Positions 22,301 through 35,800 of a DNA stretch of 64,000 nt are shown here, one piece after another (the first letter of the stretch is position 1; each line of letters opens with the position of its first letter). Position numbers and translations under genes: made by a program. Where the stretch lies: NCBI RefSeq assembly GCF_009914755.1, contig NC_060938.1. One strand, written 5' to 3'. Source of the stretch: the human T2T-CHM13v2.0 reference genome, Homo sapiens. The notes below the pieces were generated by a model, which ran no database searches, was not told the DNA's origin, and saw only the letters and a program-made list of their open reading frames with translations.

Positions 22301-25300
22301 CTCCAACCGTCCGAAACATCCACTTCCATATACTACAAAAAGAGCGTTTCAAACCTGCTCTATGAAAGGCAATGTTCAACTCTGTGACTTGAATGCAGAC
22401 ATCACAGAGCAGTTTCTGAGAATGCTTCTGTCTAGATTTTATAGGAAGATATTCCCGTTTCCAACGAAATCTTCACAGCTATCCAAATATCCACTTGCAG
22501 ATTCTACAAAAAGAGTGTATCAAAACTGCTCTGTCAAAAGGAAGGTTCTTCTCTGTTAGGTGAGTGCATACGTCATAAAGGAGTTTCTGAGAATGTTTCT
22601 GTCTAGTGGTTATGGGAAGATATTTGCTTTTTCACCGTAGGCCTCAGAGCGCTCCAAATATCCACTTGCACATACTACAAAAAGAGTGCTTCAAAGCTGC
22701 TCTCTGAAACGGAATGTTCAACTCTATGAGTTGAATGCAAACATCACAAAGACGTTTCTGAGAATGCTTCTGTCTAGATTTGATATGAAGATATTCCCGT
22801 TTCCAACGAAATCTTCAAATCTATCCAAATGTCCACTTGCAGATTCAACAAAAAGTGTTTTTCAGAACTGCTCTATCAAAAGAAAGATCCACCTCTGTTA
22901 GCTGAGTTCACACATCACAAACAAGTTTATGAGAATGCTTCTGTCTAGTTTTTATTTGAAGATATTTCCTTTCTCACCATAGAGCTGAAAGCTGTCCTAA
23001 TGTTCACTTCCAGATACTACAGAAAGAGTGTTTCAAAACTGCTGTACGAAAGGGAATGTTCAACTCTGTGACTTGAATGCACACATCACAAAGAAGTTTC
23101 TGAGGATGCTGCTGTCTACTTTTTATACGTAATCCCGTTTCCAACGAAATCCTCCAAGCTATCCAAATATCCACTTGCAGATTCCACAGAAAGACTGTTT
23201 CAAAACTGCTCTGTCAATAGAAAGGTTCAACTCTGTTAGCTGCATGCATATATCCCAAAGAAGATTCTGAGATTGCTTCTGTCTAGTTTTTATGGGAAGA
23301 TATTTCCCTTTTCACCGTAGGCGTCAAGGCGCTCCAAATGTCCACTTCCAGATACTACAAAAAGAGTGTTTCAAACCTACTCTGTGAAAGGGAATATTCA
23401 ACTCTGTGACTTGAATGCACATATCACAAAGAAGTTTCTGAGAATGCTTCTGTCGAGATTTTATATGAAGATATTCCCGTTTCCAACGAAATCCTGAAAT
23501 GTATCCAAATATCCCCTTGCAGATTCTACAAAAAGAGTGTTTCAAAACTGCTCTGTAAAAAGAAAGGTTCAACTCTGTTAGTTGAGTACACACATCACAA
23601 ACAAGTTTCACACAATGCTTCTTTCTAGCTTGTAGGGGAAGATATTCCCTTTATCACCATGGGCCTCAAACCGTCCGATAAGTCCACTTCCATATACTAC
23701 AAAAAGAGCGTTTCAAACCTGCTCTATGAAAGGCAATGTTCAACTCTGTGACTTGAATGCAGACATCACAGAGCAGTTTCTGAGAATGCTTCTGTCTAGA
23801 TTTTATAGGAAGATATTCCCGTTTCCAACGAAATCTTCACAGCTATCCAAATATCCACTTGCAGATTCTACAAAAAGAGTGTATCAAAACTGCTCTGTCA
23901 AAAGGAAGGTTCTTTTCTGTTAGGTGAGTGCATACGTCATAAAGGAGTTTCTGAGAATGTTTCTGTCTAGTGGTTATGGGAAGATATTTGCTTTTTCACC
24001 GTAGGCCTCAGAGCACTCCAAATATCCACTTGCACATACTACAAAAAGAGTGCCTCAAAGCTGCTCTCTGAAACGGAATGTTCAACTCTATGAGTTGAAT
24101 GCAAACATCGCAAAGACGTTTCTGAGAATGCTTCTGTCTAGATTTGATATGAAGATATTCCCGTTTCCAACGAAATCTTCAAATCTATCCAAATGTCCAC
24201 TTGCAGATTCAACAAAAAGTGTTTTTCAGAACTGCTCTATCAAAAGAAAGATCCACCTCTGTTAGCTGAGTTCACACATCACAAACAAGTTTATGAGAAT
24301 GCTTCTGTCTAGTTTTTATTTGAAGATATTTCCTTTCTCACCATAGAGCTGAAAGCTGTCCTAATGTTCACTTCCAGATACTACAGAAAGAGTGTTTCAA
24401 AACTGCTGTACGAAAGGGAATGTTCAACTCTGTGACTTGAATGCACACATCACAAAGAAGTTTCTGAGGATGCTGCTGTCTACTTTTTATACGTAATCCC
24501 GTTTCCAACGAAATCCTCCAAGCTATCCAAATATCCACTTGCAGATTCCACAGAAAGACTGTTTCAAAACTGCTCTGTCAATAGAAAGGTTCAACTCTGT
24601 TAGCTGCGTGCATATATCCCAAAGAAGATTCTGAGATTGCTTCTGTCTAGTTTTTATGGGAAGATATTTCCCTTTTCACCGTAGGTGTCAAGGCGCTCCA
24701 AATGTCCACTTCCAGATACTACAAAAAGAGTGTTTCAAACCTACTCTGTGAAAGGGAATATTCAACTCTGTGACTTGAATGCACATATCACAAAGAAGTT
24801 TCTGAGAATGCTTCTGTCGAGATTTTATATGAAGATATTCCCGTTTCCAACAAAATGCTGAAATCTATCCAAATATCCCCTCGCAGATTCTACAAAAAGA
24901 GTGTTTCAAAACTGCTCTGTGAAAAGAAAGGTTCAACTCTGTTAGTTGAGTACACACATCACAAACAAGTTTCACAGAATGCTTCTTTCTAGCTTGTAGG
25001 GGAAGATATTCCCTTTATCACCATGGGCCTCCAACCGTCCGAAACATCCACTTCCATATACTACAAAAAGAGCGTTTCAAACCTGCTCTATGAAAGGCAA
25101 TGTTCAACTCTGTGACTTGAATGCAGACATCACAGAGCAGTTTCTGAGAATGCTTCTGTCTAGATTTTATAGGAAGATATTCCCGTTTCCAACGAAATCT
25201 TCACAGCTATCCAAATATCCACTTGCAGATTCTACAAAAAGAGTGTATCAAAACTGCTCTGTCAAAAGGAAGGTTCTTCTCTGTTAGGTGAGTGCATACG

Positions 25301-27399
25301 TCATAAAGGAGTTTCTGAGAATGTTTCTGTCTAGTGGTTATGGGAAGATATTTGCTTTTTCACCGTAGGCCTCAGAGCGCTCCAAATATCCACTTGCACA
25401 TACTACAAAAAGAGTGCTTCAAAGCTGCTCTCTGAAACGGAATGTTCAACTCTATGAGTTGAATGCAAACATCACAAAGACGTTTCTGAGAATGCTTCTG
25501 TCTAGATTTGATATGAAGATATTCCCGTTTCCAACGAAATCTTCAAATCTATCCAAATGTCCACTTGCAGATTCAACAAAAAGTGTTTTTCAGAACTGCT
25601 CTATCAAAAGAAAGATCCACCTCTGTTAGCTGAGTTCACACATCACAAACAAGTTTATGAGAATGCTTCTGTCTAGTTTTTATTTGAAGATATTTCCTTT
25701 CTCACCATAGAGCTGAAAGCTGTCCTAATGTTCACTTCCAGATACTACAGAAAGAGTGTTTCAAAACTGCTGTACGAAAGGGAATGTTCAACTCTGTGAC
25801 TTGAATGCACACATCACAAAGAAGTTTCTGAGGATGCTGCTGTCTACTTTTTATACGTAATCCCGTTTCCAACGAAATCCTCCAAGCTATCCAAATATCC
25901 ACTTGCAGATTCCACAGAAAGACTGTTTCAAAACTGCTCTGTCAATAGAAAGGTTCAACTCTGTTAGCTGCGTGCATATATCCCAAAGAAGATTCTGAGA
26001 TTGCTTCTGTCTAGTTTTTATGGGAAGATATTTCCCTTTTCACCGTAGGCGTCAAGGCGCTCCAAATGTCCACTTCCAGATACTACAAAAAGAGTGTTTC
26101 AAACCTACTCTGTGAAAGGGAATATTCAACTCTGTGACTTGAATGCACATATCACAAGGAAGTTTCTGAGAATGCTTCTGTCGAGATTTTATATGAAGAT
26201 ATTCCCGTTTCCAACGAAATCCTGAAATGTATCCAAATATCCCCTCGCAGATTCTACAAAAAGAGTGTTTCAAAACTGCTCTGTAAAAAGAAAGGTTCAA
26301 CTCTGTTAGTTGAGTACACACATCACAAACAAGTTTCACACAATGCTTCTTTCTAGCTTGTAGGGGAAGATATTCCCTTTATCACCATGGGCCTCCAACC
26401 GTCCGAAACATCCACTTCCATATACTACAAAAAGAGCGTTTCAAACCTGCTCTATGAAAGGCAATGTTCAACTCTGTGACTTGAATGCAGACATCACAGA
26501 GCAGTTTCTGAGAATGCTTCTGTCTAGATTTTATAGGAAGATATTCCCGTTTCCAACGAAATCTTCACAGCTATCCAAATATCCACTTGCAGATTCTACA
26601 AAAAGAGTGTATCAAAACTGCTCTGTCAAAAGGAAGGTTCTTCTCTGTTAGGTGAGTGCATACGTCATAAAGGAGTTTCTGAGAATGTTTCTGTCTAGTG
26701 GTTATGGGAAGATATTTGCTTTTTCACCGTAGGCCTCAGAGCGCTCCAAATATCCACTTGCACATACTACAAAAAGAGTGCTTCAAAGCTGCTCTCTGAA
26801 ACGGAATGTTCAACTCTATGAGTTGAATGCAAACATCACAAAGACGTTTCTGAGAATGCTTCTGTCTAGATTTGATATGAAGATATTCCCGTTTCCAACG
26901 AAATCTTCAAATCTATCCAAATGTCCACTTGCAGATTCAACAAAAAGTGTTTTTCAGAACTGCTCTATCAAAAGAAAGATCCACCTCTGTTAGCTGAGTT
27001 CACACATCACAAACAAGTTTATGAGAATGCTTCTGTCTAGTTTTTATTTGAAGATATTTCCTTTCTCACCATAGAGCTGAAAGCTGTCCTAATGTTCACT
27101 TCCAGATACTACAGAAAGAGTGTTTCAAAACTGCTGTACGAAAGGGAATGTTCAACTCTGTGACTTGAATGCACACATCACAAAGAAGTTTCTGAGGATG
27201 CTGCTGTCTACTTTTTATACGTAATCCCGTTTCCAACGAAATCCTCCAAGCTATCCAAATATCCACTTGCAGATTCCACAGAAAGACTGTTTCAAAACTG
27301 CTCTGTCAATAGAAAGGTTCAACTCTGTTAGCTGCGTGCATATATCCCAAAGAAGATTCTGAGATTGCTTCTGTCTAGTTTTTATGGGAAGATATTTCC

Positions 27400-30300
27400 C
27401 TTTTCACCGTAGGCGTCAAGGCGCTCCAAATGTCCACTTCCAGATACTACAAAAAGAGTGTTTCAAACCTACTCTGTGAAAGGGAATATTCAACTCTGTG
27501 ACTTGAATGCACATATCACAAGGAAGTTTCTGAGAATGCTTCTGTCGAGATTTTATATGAAGATATTCCCGTTTCCAACGAAATCCTGAAATCTATCCAA
27601 ATATCCCCTTGCAGATTCTACAAAAAGAGTGTTTCAAAACTGCTCTGTAAAAAGAAAGGTTCAACTCTGTTAGTTGAGTACACACATCACAAACAAGTTT
27701 CACACAATGCTTCTTTCTAGCTTGTAGGGGAAGATATTCCCTTTATCACCATGGGCCTCAAACCGTCCGATAAGTCCACTTCCATATACTACAAAAAGAG
27801 CGTTTCAAACCTGCTCTATGAAAGGCAATGTTCAACTCTGTGACTTGAATGCAGACATCACAGAGCAGTTTCTGAGAATGCTTCTGTCTAGATTTTATAG
27901 GAAGATATTCCCGTTTCCAACGAAATCTTCACAGCTATCCAAATATCCACTTGCAGATTCTACAAAAAGAGTGTATCAAAACTGCTCTGTCAAAAGGAAG
28001 GTTCTTCTCTGTTAGGTGAGTGCATACGTCATAAAGGAGTTTCTGAGAATGTTTCTGTCTAGTGGTTATGGGAAGATATTTGCTTTTTCACCGTAGGCCT
28101 CAGAGCGCTCCAAATATCCACTTGCACATACTACAAAAAGAGTGCCTCAAAGCTGCTCTCTGAAACGGAATGTTCAACTCTATGAGTTGAATGCAAACAT
28201 CGCAAAGACGTTTCTGAGAATGCTTCTGTCTAGATTTGATATGAAGATATTCCCGTTTCCAACGAAATCTTCAAATCTATCCAAATGTCCACTTGCAGAT
28301 TCAACAAAAAGTGTTTTTCAGAACTGCTCTATCAAAAGAAAGATCCACCTCTGTTAGCTGAGTTCACACATCACAAACAAGTTTATGAGAATGCTTCTGT
28401 CTAGTTTTTATTTGAAGATATTTCCTTTCTCACCATAGAGCTGAAAGCTGTCCTAATGTTCACTTCCAGATACTACAGAAAGAGTGTTTCAAAACTGCTG
28501 TACGAAAGGGAATGTTCAACTCTGTGACTTGAATGCACACATCACAAAGAAGTTTCTGAGGATGCTGCTGTCTACTTTTTATACGTAATCCCGTTTCCAA
28601 CGAAATCCTCCAAGCTATCCAAATATCCACTTGCAGATTCCACAGAAAGACTGTTTCAAAACTGCTCTGTCAATAGAAAGGTTCAACTCTGTTAGCTGCG
28701 TGCATATATCCCAAAGAAGATTCTGAGATTGCTTCTGTCTAGTTTTTATGGGAAGATATTTCCCTTTTCACCGTAGGCGTCAAGGCGCTCCAAATGTCCA
28801 GTTCCAGATACTACAAAAAGAGTGTTTCAAACCTACTCTGTGAAAGGGAATATTCAACTCTGTGACTTGAATGCACATATCACAAAGAAGTTTCTGAGAA
28901 TGCTTCTGTCGAGATTTTATATGAAGATATTCCCGTTTCCAACGAAATGCTGAAATCTATCCAAATATCCCCTCGCAGATTCTACAAAAAGAGTGTTTCA
29001 AAACTGCTCTGTGAAAAGAAAGGTTCAACTCTGTTAGTTGAGTACACACATCACAAACAAGTTTCACAGAATGCTTCTTTCTAGCTTGTAGGGGAAGATA
29101 TTCCCTTTATCACCATGGGCCTCCAACCGTCCGAAACATCCACTTCCATATACTACAAAAAGAGCGTTTCAAACCTGCTCTATGAAAGGCAATGTTCAAC
29201 TCTGTGACTTGAATGCAGACATCACAGAGCAGTTTCTGAGAATGCTTCTGTCTAGATTTTATAGGAAGATATTCCCGTTTCCAACGAAATCTTCACAGCT
29301 ATCCAAATATCCACTTGCAGATTCTACAAAAAGAGTGTATCAAAACTGCTCTGTCAAAAGGAAGGTTCTTCTCTGTTAGGTGAGTGCATACGTCATAAAG
29401 GAGTTTCTGAGAATGTTTCTGTCTAGTGGTTATGGGAAGATATTTGCTTTTTCACCGTAGGCCTCAGAGCGCTCCAAATATCCACTTGCACATACTACAA
29501 AAAGAGTGCTTCAAAGCTGCTCTCTGAAACGGAATGTTCAACTCTATGAGTTGAATGCAAACATCGCAAAGACGTTTCTGAGAATGCTTCTGTCTAGATT
29601 TGATATGAAGATATTCCCGTTTCCAACGAAATCTTCAAATCTATCCAAATGTCCACTTGCAGATTCAACAAAAAGTGTTTTTCAGAACTGCTCTATCAAA
29701 AGAAAGATCCACCTCTGTTAGCTGAGTTCACACATCACAAACAAGTTTATGAGAATGCTTCTGTCTAGTTTTTATTTGAAGATATTTCCTTTCTCACCAT
29801 AGAGCTGAAAGCTGTCCTAATGTTCACTTCCAGATACTACAGAAAGAGTGTTTCAAAACTGCTGTACGAAAGGGAATGTTCAACTCTGTGACTTGAATGC
29901 ACACATCACAAAGAAGTTTCTGAGGATGCTGCTGTCTACTTTTTATACGTAATCCCGTTTCCAACGAAATCCTCCAAGCTATCCAAATATCCACTTGCAG
30001 ATTCCACAGAAAGACTGTTTCAAAACTGCTCTGTCAATAGAAAGGTTCAACTCTGTTAGCTGCGTGCATATATCCCAAAGAAGATTCTGAGATTGCTTCT
30101 GTCTAGTTTTTATGGGAAGATATTTCCCTTTTCACCGTAGGCGTCAAGGCGCTCCAAATGTCCACTTCCAGATACTACAAAAAGAGTGTTTCAAACCTAC
30201 TCTGTGAAAGGGAATATTCAACTCTGTGACTTGAATGCACATATCACAAGGAAGTTTCTGAGAATGCTTCTGTCGAGATTTTATATGAAGATATTCCCGT

Positions 30301-32860
30301 TTCCAACGAAATCCTGAAATCTATCCAAATATCCCCTTGCAGATTCTACAAAAAGAGTGTTTCAAAACTGCTCTGTAAAAAGAAAGGTTCAACTCTGTTA
30401 GTTGAGTACACACATCACAAACAAGTTTCACACAATGCTTCTTTCTAGCTTGTAGGGGAAGATATTCCCTTTATCACCATGGGCCTCAAACCGTCCGATA
30501 AGTCCACTTCCATATACTACAAAAAGAGCGTTTCAAACCTGCTCTATGAAAGGCAATGTTCAACTCTGTGACTTGAATGCAGACATCACAGAGCAGTTTC
30601 TGAGAATGCTTCTGTCTAGATTTTATAGGAAGATATTCCCGTTTCCAACGAAATCTTCACAGCTATCCAAATATCCACTTGCAGATTCTACAAAAAGAGT
30701 GTATCAAAACTGCTCTGTCAAAAGGAAGGTTCTTCTCTGTTAGGTGAGTGCATACGTCATAAAGGAGTTTCTGAGAATGTTTCTGTCTAGTGGTTATGGG
30801 AAGATATTTGCTTTTTCACCGTAGGCCTCAGAGCGCTCCAAATATCCACTTGCACATACTACAAAAAGAGTGCCTCAAAGCTGCTCTCTGAAACGGAATG
30901 TTCAACTCTATGAGTTGAATGCAAACATCGCAAAGACGTTTCTGAGAATGCTTCTGTCTAGATTTGATATGAAGATATTCCCGTTTCCAACGAAATCTTC
31001 AAATCTATCCAAATGTCCACTTGCAGATTCAACAAAAAGTGTTTTTCAGAACTGCTCTATCAAAAGAAAGATCCACCTCTGTTAGCTGAGTTCACACATC
31101 ACAAACAAGTTTATGAGAATGCTTCTGTCTAGTTTTTATTTGAAGATATTTCCTTTCTCACCATAGAGCTGAAAGCTGTCCTAATGTTCACTTCCAGATA
31201 CTACAGAAAGAGTGTTTCAAAACTGCTGTACGAAAGGGAATGTTCAACTCTGTGACTTGAATGCACACATCACAAAGAAGTTTCTGAGGATGCTGCTGTC
31301 TACTTTTTATACGTAATCCCGTTTCCAACGAAATCCTCCAAGCTATCCAAATATCCACTTGCAGATTCCACAGAAAGACTGTTTCAAAACTGCTCTGTCA
31401 ATAGAAAGGTTCAACTCTGTTAGCTGCGTGCATATATCCCAAAGAAGATTCTGAGATTGCTTCTGTCTAGTTTTTATGGGAAGATATTTCCCTTTTCACC
31501 GTAGGCGTCAAGGCGCTCCAAATGTCCAGTTCCAGATACTACAAAAAGAGTGTTTCAAACCTACTCTGTGAAAGGGAATATTCAACTCTGTGACTTGAAT
31601 GCACATATCACAAAGAAGTTTCTGAGAATGCTTCTGTCGAGATTTTATATGAAGATATTCCCGTTTCCAACGAAATGCTGAAATCTATCCAAATATCCCC
31701 TCGCAGATTCTACAAAAAGAGTGTTTCAAAACTGCTCTGTGAAAAGAAAGGTTCAACTCTGTTAGTTGAGTACACACATCACAAACAAGTTTCACAGAAT
31801 GCTTCTTTCTAGCTTGTAGGGGAAGATATTCCCTTTATCACCATGGGCCTCCAACCGTCCGAAACATCCACTTCCATATACTACAAAAAGAGCGTTTCAA
31901 ACCTGCTCTATGAAAGGCAATGTTCAACTCTGTGACTTGAATGCAGACATCACAGAGCAGTTTCTGAGAATGCTTCTGTCTAGATTTTATAGGAAGATAT
32001 TCCCGTTTCCAACGAAATCTTCACAGCTATCCAAATATCCACTTGCAGATTCTACAAAAAGAGTGTATCAAAACTGCTCTGTCAAAAGGAAGGTTCTTCT
32101 CTGTTAGGTGAGTGCATACGTCATAAAGGAGTTTCTGAGAATGTTTCTGTCTAGTGGTTATGGGAAGATATTTGCTTTTTCACCGTAGGCCTCAGAGCGC
32201 TCCAAATATCCACTTGCACATACTACAAAAAGAGTGCTTCAAAGCTGCTCTCTGAAACGGAATGTTCAACTCTATGAGTTGAATGCAAACATCGCAAAGA
32301 CGTTTCTGAGAATGCTTCTGTCTAGATTTGATATGAAGATATTCCCGTTTCCAACGAAATCTTCAAATCTATCCAAATGTCCACTTGCAGATTCAACAAA
32401 AAGTGTTTTTCAGAACTGCTCTATCAAAAGAAAGATCCACCTCTGTTAGCTGAGTTCACACATCACAAACAAGTTTATGAGAATGCTTCTGTCTAGTTTT
32501 TATTTGAAGATATTTCCTTTCTCACCATAGAGCTGAAAGCTGTCCTAATGTTCACTTCCAGATACTACAGAAAGAGTGTTTCAAAACTGCTGTACGAAAG
32601 GGAATGTTCAACTCTGTGACTTGAATGCACACATCACAAAGAAGTTTCTGAGGATGCTGCTGTCTACTTTTTATACGTAATCCCGTTTCCAACGAAATCC
32701 TCCAAGCTATCCAAATATCCACTTGCAGATTCCACAGAAAGACTGTTTCAAAACTGCTCTGTCAATAGAAAGGTTCAACTCTGTTAGCTGCGTGCATATA
32801 TCCCAAAGAAGATTCTGAGATTGCTTCTGTCTAGTTTTTATGGGAAGATATTTCCCTTTT
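27400..32860. repeat. Tandem duplication of a 2728-bp two-HOR unit
   Basis: The rare marker ATGTCCAGTTCC has its G at 28801 and 31529, and the hybrid MLQ/IAK ORF occurs at 29506 and 32234; both offsets are 2728. End points are approximate. Confidence 0.88.
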
Positions 32861-35800
32861 CACCGTAGGCGTCAAGGCGCTCCAAATGTCCACTTCCAGA
32901 TACTACAAAAAGAGTGTTTCAAACCTACTCTGTGAAAGGGAATATTCAACTCTGTGACTTGAATGCACATATCACAAGGAAGTTTCTGAGAATGCTTCTG
33001 TCGAGATTTTATATGAAGATATTCCCGTTTCCAACGAAATCCTGAAATGTATCCAAATATCCCCTCGCAGATTCTACAAAAAGAGTGTTTCAAAACTGCT
33101 CTGTGAAAAGAAAGGTTCAACTCTGTTAGTTGAGTACACACATCACAAACAAGTTTCACAGAATGCTTCTTTCTAGCTTGTAGGGGAAGATATTCCCTTT
33201 ATCAGCATGGGCCTCCAACCGTCCGAAACATCCACTTCCATATACTACAAAAAGAGCGTTTCAAACCTGCTCTATGAAAGGCAATGTTCAACTCTGTGAC
33301 TTGAATGCAGACATCACAGAGCAGTTTCTGAGAATGCTTCTGTCTAGATTTTATAGGAAGATATTCCCGTTTCCAACGAAATCTTCACAGCTATCCAAAT
33401 ATCCACTTGCAGATTCTACAAAAAGAGTGTATCAAAACTGCTCTGTCAAAAGGAAGGTTCTTTTCTGTTAGGTGAGTGCATACGTCATAAAGGAGTTTCT
33501 GAGAATGTTTCTGTCTAGTGGTTATGGGAAGATATTTGCTTTTTCACCGTAGGCCTCAGAGCGCTCAAAATATCCACTTGCACATACTACAAAAAGAGTG
33601 CCTCAAAGCTGCTCTCTGAAACGGAATGTTCAACTCTATGAGTTGAATGCAAACATCGCAAAGACGTTTCTGAGAATGCTTCTGTCTAGATTTGATATGA
33701 AGATATTCCCGTTTCCAACGAAATCTTCAAATCTATCCAAATGTCCACTTGCAGATTCAACAAAAAGTGTTTTTCAGAACTGCTCTATCAAAAGAAAGAT
33801 CCACCTCTGTTAGCTGAGTTCACACATCACAAACAAGTTTATGAGAATGCTTCTGTCTAGTTTTTATTTGAAGATATTTCCTTTCTCACCATAGACCTGA
33901 AAGCTGTCCTAATGTTCACTTCCAGTTACTACAGAAAGAGTGTTTCAAAACTGCTGTACGAAAGGGAATGTTCAACTCTGTGACTTGAATGCACACATCA
34001 CAAAGAAGTTTCTGAGGATGCTGCTGTCTACTTTTTATACTTAATCCCGTTTCCAACGAAATCCTCCAAGCTATCCAAATATCCACTTGCAGATTCCACA
34101 GAAAGACTGTTTCAAAACTGCTCTGCCAATAGAAAGGTTCAACTCTGTTAGCTGCGTGCATATATCCCAAAGAAGATTCTGAGATTGCTTCTGTCTAGTT
34201 TTTATGGGAAGATATTTCCCTTTTCACCGTAGGCGTCAAGGCGCTCCAAATGTCCACTTCCAGATACTACAAAAAGAGTGTTTCAAACCTACTCTGTGAA
34301 AGGGAATATTCAACTCTGTGACTTGAATGCACATATCACAAGGAAGTTTCTGAGAATGCTTCTGTCGAGATTTTATATGAAGATATTCCCGTTTCCAACG
34401 AAATCCTGAAATGTATCCAAATATACCCTCGCAGATTCTACAAAAAGAGTGTTTCAAAACTGCTCTGTAAAAAGAAAGGTTCAACTCTGTTAGTTGAGTA
34501 CACACATCACAAACAAGTTTCACAGAATGCTTCTTTCTAGCTTGTAGGGGAAGATTCCCCTTTATCACCATGGTCCTCAAACCGTCCGAAATGTCCACTT
34601 CCATATACTACAAAAAGAGCGTTTCAAACCTGCTGTATGAAAGGCAATGTTCAACTCTGTGACTTGAATGCAGACATCACAGAGCAGTTTCTGAGAATGC
34701 TTCTGTCTAGATTTTATAGGAAGATATTCCCGTTTCCAACGAAATCTTCACAGCTATCCAAATATCCACTTGCAGATTCTACAAAAAGAGTGTATCAAAA
34801 CTGCTCTGTCAAAAGGAAGGTTCTTTTCTGTTAGGTGAGTGCATACGTCATAAAGGAGTTTCTGAGAATGTTTCTGTCTAGTGGTTATGGGAAGATATTT
34901 GCTTTTTCACCGTAGGCCTCAGAGCGCTCCAAATATCCACTTGCACATACTACAAAAAGAGTGCCTCAAACTGCTCTCTGAAACGGAATGTTCAACTCTA
35001 TGAGTTGAATGCAAACATCGCAAAGACGTTTCTGAGAATGCTTCTGTCTAGATTTGATATGAAGATATTCCCGTTTCCAACGAAATCTTCAAATCTATCC
35101 AAATGTCCACTTGCAGATTCAACAAAAAGTGTTTTTCAGAACTGCTCTATCAAAAGAAAGATCCACCTCTGTTAGCTGAGTTCACACATCACAAACAAGT
35201 TTATGAGAATGCTTCTGTCTAGTTTTTATTTGAAGATATTTCCTTTCTCACCATAGAGCTGAAAGCTGTCCTAATGTTCACTTCCAGATACTACAGAAAG
35301 AGTGTTTCAAAACTGCTGTACGAAAGGGAATGTTCAACTCTGTGACTTGAATGCACACATCACAAAGAAGTTTCTGAGGATGCTGCTGGCTACTTTTTAT
35401 ACGTAATCCCGTTTCCAACGAAATCCTCCAAGCTATCCAAATATCCACTTGCAGATTCCACAGAAAGACTGTTTCAAAACTGCTCTGTCAATAGAAAGGT
35501 TCAACTCTGTTAGCTGCGTGCATATATCCCAAAGAAGATTCTGAGATTGCTTCTGTCTAGTTTTTATGGGAAGATATTTCCCTTTTCACCGTAGGCGTCA
35601 AGGCGCTCCAAATGTCCACTTCCAGATACTACAAAAAGAGTGTTTCAAACCTACTCTGTGAAAGGGAATATTCAACTCTGTGACTTGAATGCACATATCA
35701 CAAAGAAGTTTCTGAGAATGCTTCTGTCGAGATTTTATATGAAGATATTCCCGTTTCCAACGAAATCCTGAAATGTATCCAAATATCCCCTCGCAGATTC

